Translations under genes and position numbers: made by a program
Notes under the pieces: model-generated
What the model was told of the DNA's origin: nothing
Databases searched by the model: none
Seen by the model: the letters and a program-made list of their open reading frames with translations, nothing else
Source of the DNA: a virus
Reading direction: 5' to 3' (one strand)
IMG/VR virus record: IMGVR_UViG_3300029704_000004
DNA: 64,000 nt
Part shown: one piece after another, positions 8,764 to 18,421 of the stretch
Layout: every line of letters starts with the position of its first letter
Numbering within the stretch: position 1 is the stretch's first letter

Positions 8764-11331
8764 ATGCCAAACGTAATAAATTATGGAAATCCTGTTCCAT
8801 TAAGAGCCCCTCATCGTAGAAATGTAGAAGCATTTACAAATGCTCTTAATAAAATTGATGAGAAAGCTAAAGAGAGTTTACAAACTCAGAACCAAATTAA
8901 AATGGCTTTAGCTAATTTAGATATTAATGCTGCTGAAGATAGTTGGAAAGCTGGTTATGTAAGAAATATTCAGAATCAACTTGATGATGCTGCTATGTAT
9001 GGAGATTATTCTCGTAGTCTTAATACTGCAAGAGAACTTGCTGGTCAAGTAGCTTCTGACCCTGCTGTTCTTGGAAGAGTTAGAGCACAAGCTGCATATA
9101 AAACTTTTATGGACAATCTTGATAAGAGACAAGATATTACTCAAGATGTTAAGAATTGGGCTAAAGATAACAATCCTTACCACTATCAAGACCAAGTAGA
9201 TAAAGAAGGACATATTATTGGTGGTACAAATTGGGAACCAAATAGAACTCCAGTTAGTACTGTTGATTTAAGTAATCTTATGACTAAAGCAAAACAATGG
9301 GTTGCTGTTCATAAAGGTAGTGGAGTTAGTGATATTAAATATGTTGATGCTGATGGTAATCTTACTTCTGACCCAGGTAAAAATTTTTATGGTTTAGCTT
9401 ATAAGAAATCTGGTAGTTGGGAATATGTTAGTGAGAAAGATTTAAATGATGCTCTTAAATCTGCTATTGATACAACTCCTGGTGCTAGAGCAAGTCTTCA
9501 ACAAGATTACGAAGTTGCGCTTTGGAAATATAATAAAATGACTCCTGAAGAAAAGAAGAAGAATATTGATTCTGATATTACTGAAAATGGTCTTCTTCTT
9601 AATCCTGAAGAATATCTTGCAAAGAGAGTTAAACCTGGTATTCATGCTATGAGTTATTATAATAGCGGTTCGGATATAGAAGTTGGTAACGGACAAGCTG
9701 CATATAGACAAGATGTTGCTGCACGTCAAGCTGCGGCTCAACAAGCTGCTGCATTAAATATGAATCTTGATGCTACAAACGAAGGTGCTGCTATTGATGT
9801 AGATGTTCCAGATATTATTGGTACAACTAAAGTAGGTCTTGATGAAACTCTTAATACTCTTAGAACTTTGTTTCCAAAACTTTCTAAAAGTAATGCTTTT
9901 CAAAGAGGAGTTAATCAAGGAAGATATAATGAACTTGCTAATCTTTGTCGTCATAGTATGACTAGTAACGACCCAGTTGTAAGACATCAAGCTAGACAAG
10001 CAATTACAGCTTTAAGAACTTATGGTAATCAATATAATCATTATGTTTCAGGTCTTAGTAAACCTGAACAAGATGCTGTGGCTTTTGATGCTGCTAGACG
10101 TGCTGGTTCTAGATTACCTGCAAATAATGAGTTTACTAGAGAATATAATCAACAGATTAATCATTTATTTGATAATGGAAAAATTAGAGAACTTGGTTAT
10201 AAATGTTATGATGATGAACAATACAATGCTATTTCTCAAGCAATGGGTTGTCATTCTGAATCAGATTGGAGAAGAAAAGGTTTTAGAATTACTTCTGTAA
10301 ATGGACAAAAGACTATTACTTTTGACAAGAACAATACTTGGCTTTCTAAACTTAGTGATAGTGTTGATTCTTCTATGGGATTTTGGAAAGGTATTGGCAG
10401 TAGTTTTAGTAATGCTTTTACTGGAGGTGGAGCTGGAATTATAGATATGTCTGATGGTTCACAAGTTCGTAATGCTAATTATACATTTAAAAATCTTGGA
10501 ACAATAAATGTTGCAGGTATTGATATTTTAAATCCAGCATCTAATAGTCCAGCACAAGCTGCTTCTTGGAGAGCTAATACGATAAACCAACGTAGAGGTT
10601 TTGGCAAAGTTCCAATTAACTCTAAGATGTATAGTTCTACTCTTGATAGAAATGCTTTATTTAATAAATATACAAGTGGACAAATCAATAAAGAAACTTA
10701 CGATGTTGGTCTTGCTAAAATTACTCATGATGAAGATAATCTTACTAATCCAAGTTTATTGATGAATGCAGCTCTGTATGTTGACGGTAAACGTATTCCA
10801 GAAGATGAAAAAGCTCAATATATTGAAGCTATAACTCAAGCTAAACAAGAGAACGTTCTTAATGTAACTGTTGGTAGAAATCATGGTTTAGCTCAAACTG
10901 TTACTGAATTTAATATTGGTAAAGCTGAGAATAGTACTCCACAAACTATTACAATGGTTGGAGCTAATGGTTCTACAGTTCTTCAAAGTTATGAAAGAAA
11001 TACTTCTACTTTAGCTAGAGATGAAGCTACTCAATTAAACATTAGCGGAACTTCTAAATCATTAGGTAATGGAGTTACTATTAGTAATGTTACAAATAAT
11101 AATGCTCTTTATACTAATGCTTATGGTAGACGAACTGTTATTAGTAGAAGTCAAGCTGAGAATATTTTAAGGCGAGAACTTAATCGCCAACAAATAGCTG
11201 ATGCTTTATATATGGGAGAAGGTGATAGTGTTATAAAAAAGGCTATCGTTAAATCATTAACTGAGTCTGGAAAACCAATTAATGATATTACTGTAGCACA
11301 AGAATTTAAATATATTAAAGATAATTATTAA
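8764..11331 (+). CDS. large virion or ejected protein (function unassigned)
   Basis: 855-aa ORF with its own promoter-like element. No motif recognised. Confidence 0.6.
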   Translation: MPNVINYGNPVPLRAPHRRNVEAFTNALNKIDEKAKESLQTQNQIKMALANLDINAAEDSWKAGYVRNIQNQLDDAAMYGDYSRSLNTARELAGQVASDPAVLGRVRAQAAYKTFMDNLDKRQDITQDVKNWAKDNNPYHYQDQVDKEGHIIGGTNWEPNRTPVSTVDLSNLMTKAKQWVAVHKGSGVSDIKYVDADGNLTSDPGKNFYGLAYKKSGSWEYVSEKDLNDALKSAIDTTPGARASLQQDYEVALWKYNKMTPEEKKKNIDSDITENGLLLNPEEYLAKRVKPGIHAMSYYNSGSDIEVGNGQAAYRQDVAARQAAAQQAAALNMNLDATNEGAAIDVDVPDIIGTTKVGLDETLNTLRTLFPKLSKSNAFQRGVNQGRYNELANLCRHSMTSNDPVVRHQARQAITALRTYGNQYNHYVSGLSKPEQDAVAFDAARRAGSRLPANNEFTREYNQQINHLFDNGKIRELGYKCYDDEQYNAISQAMGCHSESDWRRKGFRITSVNGQKTITFDKNNTWLSKLSDSVDSSMGFWKGIGSSFSNAFTGGGAGIIDMSDGSQVRNANYTFKNLGTINVAGIDILNPASNSPAQAASWRANTINQRRGFGKVPINSKMYSSTLDRNALFNKYTSGQINKETYDVGLAKITHDEDNLTNPSLLMNAALYVDGKRIPEDEKAQYIEAITQAKQENVLNVTVGRNHGLAQTVTEFNIGKAENSTPQTITMVGANGSTVLQSYERNTSTLARDEATQLNISGTSKSLGNGVTISNVTNNNALYTNAYGRRTVISRSQAENILRRELNRQQIADALYMGEGDSVIKKAIVKSLTESGKPINDITVAQEFKYIKDNY

Positions 11332-11332
11332 T

Positions 11333-14300
11333 ATGGATTTTGAAGAAATAAAAAATATGGCTACTAATGGTGTTAGTTATATAAATCCTAGCCCTAGTAG
11401 AAGTAAGAAGCATCCAAGTCCTAAAATACTTAATAGTTTAGACCCTATAAAGATTGCTGAATTAACAACTGGTTTTGCTGATAGAGAAATCAATGAAGGT
11501 CTTACTAGTGGTAAAGTTCTTACTAATCAAGCTGATAAAGCAGACCAACTTCGTCATTATGGAGTTACTCCAAATGCTAGTATCGTTGACGTAGATAAGG
11601 TTCTTGCTGAATCTCAAAGTAATCTTCGTAAGTTAGGTTCTGCTGTTAGTCAAGCAGTAGTTAGTGAAATTGGTCTCGGCACTGTAAGAGGTGCCGCAGA
11701 CCTTTTTGACCTTATAGGTAATGTAGTTACAGGAAATGCTGCTAATAATGATTATACTAACCCAGTTAGCGAAAAGATTCAAGAATGGCAAGATTATTTT
11801 AATACTGAAGTTGCTCCTATTTATGCTGACCCAAATTTAGATATAACTAATGGTGGTTTAACTAATTTTGGTTGGTGGGCAAGTAATATGCCAAGTATTA
11901 TGAGTTCTGTTACTTTATTACTTCCTAGTACAGCTGCAACTAAAGGTTTACAATGGTTAGCTAAAGCTTCTGCTGCAAGTAAACTTGGAACTGCTACTCG
12001 TAATGGAATTAAAGCTCTTGTTGGAATAGATAGAGCTCTTGGTAAAGAAGGTAGAACTCTGAATAAATTTCAACAAGGAGTTAAAACTCTTGTAGATGCT
12101 CCTATTAATGGTCTTGGTGCTAGAACTGGACAATTTGTAGAAACAGGTTTAAATGCTGCTTTAAGTAGAACTATGGAGAACTATCAAGAAGCACAAGGTG
12201 TATATAGTGATGTATTTAATACAGCTACTGATACACTTAATAAAATGACTCCACAAGAGTTTACAGAATTTGTCAATAAGAACCAAGACATTTATAATGA
12301 AGCTGGTGGTGATAATGCTAGTAAAGAAGATATTGCTAGAGTTATTGCTCAAAAGTCTGCTAATCAAGACTTCCTTACTAACTATGTAAATATTGGTTCT
12401 GATATTCTTCAATTATATGGTTTACGAAATATGTGGAAAGGTTTAAAGAATGGAGTTAGTTCTTCTACTTTAACTTCTGCTGCTCGTAATGCTAGACGAA
12501 CACTTGGTAAAACTCCTGAAGAAATAGCTGAAATGGAAGCTAAACAATCTTTTTTAAAGAAAGCTGGTCAAAAGATTATTGATAAAGCTTTAGATGAAAA
12601 GACTGTTATTGCTGGAGAACTTAGTGAAGGTCTTGAAGAAGCAGTTAACTATATTTCCCAAATGGAAGGTACTCATCTTGGTAATGTTTATCTTGGACTT
12701 GAAAGTGATTCAGCTTTTGATGATAGACTTCAAAAGTATATGCGAAGTGGAGGTCTTTGGGATAGTGTATTCTGGGGAGTAATGGGTGGTGTTGTATTTC
12801 ATCATTTAGGCAGTGGTTTTGGAAGAATTAGCCAAACTTTAAAAGATAGAGCTGATTCTAAAACTGACGAAAGAACTGGTGAAGGTAAATCAAAATCTAT
12901 GTTTAGTCTTAGTGAAACTTCTGAAATCAAAGCTCGTAAAGCTAATATTGAATCTTGGAACAATAGTATAGAAAACTATTGGAACCAAATGTCCCAAATT
13001 AAAGACGGAAATAATCCTTTTAGTGTTAGCAATGAAGATAAAACTTTCAATAACGATTTAGATAAAGAAGCTGCTGCTCAACGAGCTTATGATGAACTTC
13101 TTACTGGTATGACTTTAAATGCTGCTCATAATGGAAATCTTGGTATGCTTAGAAGTTATATGTCTAGTGATGATGTTCGTAAAGCTATGGTTGATAAAGG
13201 TGTAACTGATGAAGCTAATTCTAAAGTTGACCAACAGAAAGCTTTGGATAAAATGGATGAAGTTACTGCTAGTTATGAAGCTGAATTAAAGAAACTTGTC
13301 AATTTAAGTGAAGCAGTTAGAGTAACTAAACATACTGATGATATTCTTCCTATAGAGTTCTTGCAAAGTATTGCTACTAATAACGTTGTTAATAAACAAT
13401 ACAATGATAAGATTAATACTCAAATTGATGAACTTGATAAGCAAATAAATACTGCTTTTGATAATGAAGATATTAAAAATATTTTAGGTCAAGATTATAC
13501 TCCTGAACAATATCAAATTGCTGCAAGTACCGCTTTGCTTACTAATGAACTTCGTACACTTCAAGCTGAAAGAAGTCGTCTTCTTAGTGATAAAAAGAAG
13601 ATGAATAATATTAGTACTAAAGTTGCTGTTGATAATATCAATAAACTTATGAATAAGTATCAAGACATGATTGATACTAATAGTTTAAGATATGCTCTTC
13701 ATGAATCTTTACAAGGTGCTTATAATGATGAAGGTAAAGTACAAAGTTTTACTAATCAAGCTAGTACTACTCTTGCCAATATACTTAGTGGTAAAACAAA
13801 TAGCGGATTGTGGCTTACTGATGATGATATTGTTGAAGAATTAAAGAACTTTGCTAAGAAGTTCTCTGTTAGTCCTAGAATTGCAGAATTTGAAAATCCT
13901 ACTGATATAGTTAATCAAGTTAGAGAACATGGAACTTATCTCAGAAGGATTAATCAAAAACTTCAAGCTACTGATAAAATTGGAGTAAATGGAACTGATG
14001 GTACTCTTTCAGCTTTACTTGTTAATAAGACTGCTCTTGAATTAAGACGTGCTTATAATGAAAGTAAAATGGTTAATAACGCTGATGAACTTGCTACAGA
14101 GATTTCATTTATGAATAATACTATGAATGAAGGTCGTAAGAAAGCTATTGATTCAGCTTATGAAACTATTACTAAATTATCAGATAAGTACGGTAATGAT
14201 AAATTTGCTGCAAGAATAGGTGATGCTATTGGAGCTTATTATCAAAGAAGTAAAGATGATATTGATTCTATTCTTGATTTTATGAATGAAGATGATAAAT

Positions 14301-17300
14301 CTGCACTTAATGATGCTCTTGATGTTCTTAATCTTACTAAAGGAAAGAATTATCGTTTAGGAGAACAAATTCAAGGTTTCCTTAGTCTTCGTCAAGATAT
14401 ATTTGATAGTCAAGAAAGAGAAGAAAGTCATAATGTTAATAATCCAGATGATAGTAATAATGGTGCTGAACCAGAGAGTACAACTACTCCTCCCCCTAGC
14501 ACGCAAACGACCTCAAATCCTGCGTCACAAGCCACTCAACCTCAGCAGCCTATTAATCAATCGGCAAGCACCCCACAGTCGCCTATAGCGCAAGGAAACA
14601 CGCCTACAGGCAATTCGCAATCACAAAGTGCGCAGCCAACACTACGCAACGAAGTGGGTGAGCGGGTCACAGAATTTTTAAATAGTCATAGTTCTATAAA
14701 ACCAACTAATATAAAAGTAGATAAAAATGGTAATGTTTCTAGTGGTGAACTTACTATTGATAATAATGCTAGAACGGAAGATATATTTGCTTTTATGGGT
14801 AATGCAGATTTATTTGAAAATCCTGAACTCGCTAATATTCCTAGTGCTACTGTAGAAAGAAATCCAAGTTTTGAATATGATGATAATAGTAATCCTATTA
14901 TTATTCAAAAAGGAAAAATTGACGTACAATTAGCAACTGGTCAATCAAATAGTTCAATACCTTTTACGGGGGGGTCTTCTGGTTCTAATGCTAGTACATC
15001 TACACAAGATAATACTAGTACTAATCAACAAACTACTCAGCAACAAGCTCAACCAGCTACTCAACCTCAAGTTGTAGATAGAGCTGAACTTACTGCTAAT
15101 TTTATGGGAAAACTTAGAACTAGTGGTAAAGAAATTAAAGCAGGTAATTTAACTGCTGAAGAGTTTATTAAATCTCTTAAAGATGAAGGTATTGCTCTTG
15201 GAGCAAGTCAAGAAGATATTGACGGAGCTATAACCAGTGTAAAAGCTGTTATGAACAACCTTCTTGGAACTACTTTTGCTTCTAGTGTTGGTGAAGTTAT
15301 GCTTGCTAGTGCAGTAGAGGAATATAAACCAAGTTTATCTTTCGGAAATGAATATAAAGATGCTGCTAATAATATGCTTAAAAATTATGCTTTTGAAGTT
15401 AAACTCAGACAACATAACGGAAAGTATTATGGTAATCTTGAAGATTTACTCCGATATATAAACGAACATAGTCCTAGTAAGAATACTGCTGATTTCATTT
15501 ATAATAGTCTTAAAGAATATCTTAAAACTGAAGAAGCTAAAAAGCAATTTGTAATGCTTGATGCTGATTCAGTTGATGATGCTGAATTTATGACTAATGT
15601 TCGTAAGACTGCTGGTGAACGTAGAGCCGAAGCTATTAAAGCTGGTACTCTTAAACGAGTTAATATTCGTGAGCTTAGTGAAGTAGTTCCTCCTGATAGA
15701 ATTGATGCAAGTTTAGCAGAACTTGATAAAATTAAAGAAGGCGATAAACTTACTGTAAAGAAAGCAAACAAGCTTGCTACTAATACTGATGTTTTATTAG
15801 TTCAACATAATGGTACTACTGTTGGTTGGATGGGTATTCCTACTTTTGATGTATCAACAGGAAGATATATTCAAGTTAACGATTGTATCAAATATACTGT
15901 AGGTAGGTCTGCTGAATATGATGGTGCTGTTAAAGATTGGATTCTTTCTATAGCTGACCCAAAAGATGAAGATAGTAGAAAACTTAACGACCTTCTTTAT
16001 AAAATAGCATTTGATAAGAAATATGATGGTTCATTTGTTGAGAAGTTTAAGAATAATCCTAGAGTTCAGGAAGCTGTAAAGAATGATTTTATAGTTATCA
16101 ATAAAGATAAAGGTTTTACTTATGCTAAAGCTCTTGATGGTATGGTTAAATTATGGAGATATAATCCTAATGTATCTTCTTTTAATCCTATTCCTGAAAG
16201 TATTAAATTGTTCTTTGATAATCTTAGAACTAGTTATCAAACTAGTTTAGCTTTGATTAATAACAATCAAGAACTTACTGTTAGTAAAATAAGTAAAGGT
16301 GAACTTCTTAGACTTGCTCCGCATGGAACTCCTGGAGAAGCATTTAGATTTGCTCAACCTGCAAGTATTGCTATTAGTAGTAAAACTGATGCTAGAATAG
16401 CTTTAGCTAGAAATCTATCTCAAATTGAAGTTAGCGGTAAGCAAACTAATGATAATCTTGGTTTTAGAATGAACCAAACATTAATTGCTATCGATAATGG
16501 AAATGGTACTATAGATTATACTAATGCTTATCCTGTAAATTGGGGAGTTACTAACTATGAGAAAGATGGTAAACTTGTAAATATGCCACATAGTAAAGTT
16601 CTTGCTGATTTAACTAACGCTATTGAAGGGCAAATTATTGATAGACTTACTAATCTTCAGAAAGGTGATAGTTTAGCTAATTGGAATGAGTTTAGAAGTT
16701 TTCTTGATACTCTTCTTGATTATAACAATAATAGTACTCTATTTAAAACTAGTGGTGTTTTTCATCGTAACAATGGACTTACTTATATTAATGCTGGAAG
16801 TAAAGCTGTAGCACTTTATGCTTGTGATACTAAACGTACTGGTGCTCCTACACAACTTGTATTTATGGAACATGGTAAAAAAGTTAGTAGTTATAGCTTG
16901 TTAGATAATGGAGCTGAAGCTGGTAAAGCTCTTGTTCAATTCCTTAGAGAAAACGCTACTGTAAACTTTGCTCACGAACTTCTTAGTAGTGATAATAATA
17001 CTTCTATTCCTTTAAAAGGTTTTGTAAGTAGAAATGCTGACGGAAAACTTGTGATTAATATACCTGAGTATAATGGTAAAAATGGTTTTAATCGTGTTGA
17101 AGAATCATATAATGATTTTATGATTAAGAATGATTTACTTAGAGTAGATTTAGCTCAAGTTGATGGAAGTAACTATTCAAGATTTTCATCTAATATGAAA
17201 GCTAATAGCGTACTTGAATTTACTGTAGGTGATGAGGTGAAACAAGAAGAAGAAAAGCCACTAGAACCCCCCCGTAAAGAGAATGTATCCACCAATACCA

Positions 17301-18349
17301 CTGACCGAGTTAAATCTATTATTGAAAGTGATAGTAAAACTAAAGGTCTTGATATTGCAAAAGCTATTCTTCCTGAAGAAGCTGTAAATCTTCTTAATAA
17401 TGCAGGCAAATTAACTAGTATTTTACCAGAAAATGTTATCTTTGCAAATGACAGAATCGAAAAGTTTAGAGCTTCTGAAAAGAATAACAATATCAACGCT
17501 ATGTATGAAAAAGGAGATATTGTCGTTGGTGATGATTTCTTTAAAGAAACTAGTGGTCGTCAAGTAAGAATACTTATTCACGAAGGTCTTCATAAAAGAC
17601 TTCATGATTATGGTCCTTCTCAACACAGAAAGTTCCTCAATAATATGACTGAAATTTATGATGATTTTAGTAAAGCTATTGATGAAGACCTTAAAGATAT
17701 TGCTGATGGTAATATTAAAGCTGTTAGAGAAAGACGTAACTTTGAAGATACTTTAACTGACGAAGCTATAACAGATTGGCTTAAATACATAGACAGTTTC
17801 AAATTTAAAGAATATGTAGATAGAGGTCAACTTGATAGAGCTAAAGAAGAGTTTATCGTAGAATCTCTTACTAATGTAGAGTTCATTGATTATCTTAATA
17901 AAGTCAAAGTAGATGATGTTGGAGATAAATCTAGACATAGAACTGCTTGGCAAATGATTATGGACTTTATCAATAAATTGTTTAGACTTGATATAGCTGA
18001 AGGAAGTCTCAGAGAAAAAGAGTATAATGCATTTGCTAAAGCTTTAAGTATAGATAAAAATGCTGATACAAATGTTCAAACTGAGACAGAACCTACTATA
18101 GAAGAAACTCAAGATGAACAAGTTGAAGATGAAGTTGTCGAAGATGAAACTCCTACTCCTGGAGGCGATAAAGACATAAATAATGGTGTTGATTTAGATG
18201 ATGTTTATGATGATGATGATGATGTTAATCTATCCTCACGCTCAGAATATCCGTCCCTCTACTCGACAATCGAAAGCCTTCCAATGGAGCAACATTCGCA
18301 ATTTGCCACTTTGCTTGCGTCAGGTGACATTTCGATTACATGCAAATAA
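11333..18349 (+). CDS. giant virion or ejected protein with C-terminal zincin-like HExxH metallopeptidase motif
   Basis: 2338-aa ORF. RILIHEGLHKRLH places HEGLH at 17579-17593. P/Q/S/T-rich low-complexity linkers. Two motif copies. Adjacent to the RNAP gene. Confidence 0.65.
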   Translation: MDFEEIKNMATNGVSYINPSPSRSKKHPSPKILNSLDPIKIAELTTGFADREINEGLTSGKVLTNQADKADQLRHYGVTPNASIVDVDKVLAESQSNLRKLGSAVSQAVVSEIGLGTVRGAADLFDLIGNVVTGNAANNDYTNPVSEKIQEWQDYFNTEVAPIYADPNLDITNGGLTNFGWWASNMPSIMSSVTLLLPSTAATKGLQWLAKASAASKLGTATRNGIKALVGIDRALGKEGRTLNKFQQGVKTLVDAPINGLGARTGQFVETGLNAALSRTMENYQEAQGVYSDVFNTATDTLNKMTPQEFTEFVNKNQDIYNEAGGDNASKEDIARVIAQKSANQDFLTNYVNIGSDILQLYGLRNMWKGLKNGVSSSTLTSAARNARRTLGKTPEEIAEMEAKQSFLKKAGQKIIDKALDEKTVIAGELSEGLEEAVNYISQMEGTHLGNVYLGLESDSAFDDRLQKYMRSGGLWDSVFWGVMGGVVFHHLGSGFGRISQTLKDRADSKTDERTGEGKSKSMFSLSETSEIKARKANIESWNNSIENYWNQMSQIKDGNNPFSVSNEDKTFNNDLDKEAAAQRAYDELLTGMTLNAAHNGNLGMLRSYMSSDDVRKAMVDKGVTDEANSKVDQQKALDKMDEVTASYEAELKKLVNLSEAVRVTKHTDDILPIEFLQSIATNNVVNKQYNDKINTQIDELDKQINTAFDNEDIKNILGQDYTPEQYQIAASTALLTNELRTLQAERSRLLSDKKKMNNISTKVAVDNINKLMNKYQDMIDTNSLRYALHESLQGAYNDEGKVQSFTNQASTTLANILSGKTNSGLWLTDDDIVEELKNFAKKFSVSPRIAEFENPTDIVNQVREHGTYLRRINQKLQATDKIGVNGTDGTLSALLVNKTALELRRAYNESKMVNNADELATEISFMNNTMNEGRKKAIDSAYETITKLSDKYGNDKFAARIGDAIGAYYQRSKDDIDSILDFMNEDDKSALNDALDVLNLTKGKNYRLGEQIQGFLSLRQDIFDSQEREESHNVNNPDDSNNGAEPESTTTPPPSTQTTSNPASQATQPQQPINQSASTPQSPIAQGNTPTGNSQSQSAQPTLRNEVGERVTEFLNSHSSIKPTNIKVDKNGNVSSGELTIDNNARTEDIFAFMGNADLFENPELANIPSATVERNPSFEYDDNSNPIIIQKGKIDVQLATGQSNSSIPFTGGSSGSNASTSTQDNTSTNQQTTQQQAQPATQPQVVDRAELTANFMGKLRTSGKEIKAGNLTAEEFIKSLKDEGIALGASQEDIDGAITSVKAVMNNLLGTTFASSVGEVMLASAVEEYKPSLSFGNEYKDAANNMLKNYAFEVKLRQHNGKYYGNLEDLLRYINEHSPSKNTADFIYNSLKEYLKTEEAKKQFVMLDADSVDDAEFMTNVRKTAGERRAEAIKAGTLKRVNIRELSEVVPPDRIDASLAELDKIKEGDKLTVKKANKLATNTDVLLVQHNGTTVGWMGIPTFDVSTGRYIQVNDCIKYTVGRSAEYDGAVKDWILSIADPKDEDSRKLNDLLYKIAFDKKYDGSFVEKFKNNPRVQEAVKNDFIVINKDKGFTYAKALDGMVKLWRYNPNVSSFNPIPESIKLFFDNLRTSYQTSLALINNNQELTVSKISKGELLRLAPHGTPGEAFRFAQPASIAISSKTDARIALARNLSQIEVSGKQTNDNLGFRMNQTLIAIDNGNGTIDYTNAYPVNWGVTNYEKDGKLVNMPHSKVLADLTNAIEGQIIDRLTNLQKGDSLANWNEFRSFLDTLLDYNNNSTLFKTSGVFHRNNGLTYINAGSKAVALYACDTKRTGAPTQLVFMEHGKKVSSYSLLDNGAEAGKALVQFLRENATVNFAHELLSSDNNTSIPLKGFVSRNADGKLVINIPEYNGKNGFNRVEESYNDFMIKNDLLRVDLAQVDGSNYSRFSSNMKANSVLEFTVGDEVKQEEEKPLEPPRKENVSTNTTDRVKSIIESDSKTKGLDIAKAILPEEAVNLLNNAGKLTSILPENVIFANDRIEKFRASEKNNNINAMYEKGDIVVGDDFFKETSGRQVRILIHEGLHKRLHDYGPSQHRKFLNNMTEIYDDFSKAIDEDLKDIADGNIKAVRERRNFEDTLTDEAITDWLKYIDSFKFKEYVDRGQLDRAKEEFIVESLTNVEFIDYLNKVKVDDVGDKSRHRTAWQMIMDFINKLFRLDIAEGSLREKEYNAFAKALSIDKNADTNVQTETEPTIEETQDEQVEDEVVEDETPTPGGDKDINNGVDLDDVYDDDDDVNLSSRSEYPSLYSTIESLPMEQHSQFATLLASGDISITCK
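14956..14978 (+). repeat. GC-rich motif family, copy 3 (+)
   Basis: AATACCTTTTACGGGGGGGTCTT, translated IPFTGGSS. Confidence 0.9.
17261..17288 (-). repeat. GC-rich motif family, copy 4 (-), slightly divergent
   Basis: Plus strand reads CTAGAACCCCCCCGTAAAGAGAATGTAT, translated LEPPRKENV. Confidence 0.8.
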
Positions 18350-18358
18350 GATTAATCG

Positions 18359-18391
18359 CTCGCTGAGAAATAAGCCTCTCAGCGAGTTTTT
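18359..18391 (+). terminator. intrinsic terminator
   Basis: 10-bp stem CTCGCTGAGA / TCTCAGCGAG with loop AATAAGCC, then TTTTT. Starts 10 nt after the stop at 18349. Confidence 0.8.
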
Positions 18392-18421
18392 AAAATATTA
18401 AATAACTTAATATAGATAGTT

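Noticed and set aside
8816-8840. Weak motif-like strings: CCCCTCATCGTAGAAATGTA (8816), ATTACGGGTGGTATTGG (about 30166), CATTTACGGCTAAATCC (about 48050), CACCCTCGTATAGAGG (about 32745), TTAACGGCGGGGGTTGCTAG (63571) and GTTCCCCGTCAATTC (about 51331, in the intron).
   Set aside because: Each shares only 6-9 scattered positions with the consensus and needs indels to align. I cannot separate them from chance without a PWM score, so they are not counted as copies.
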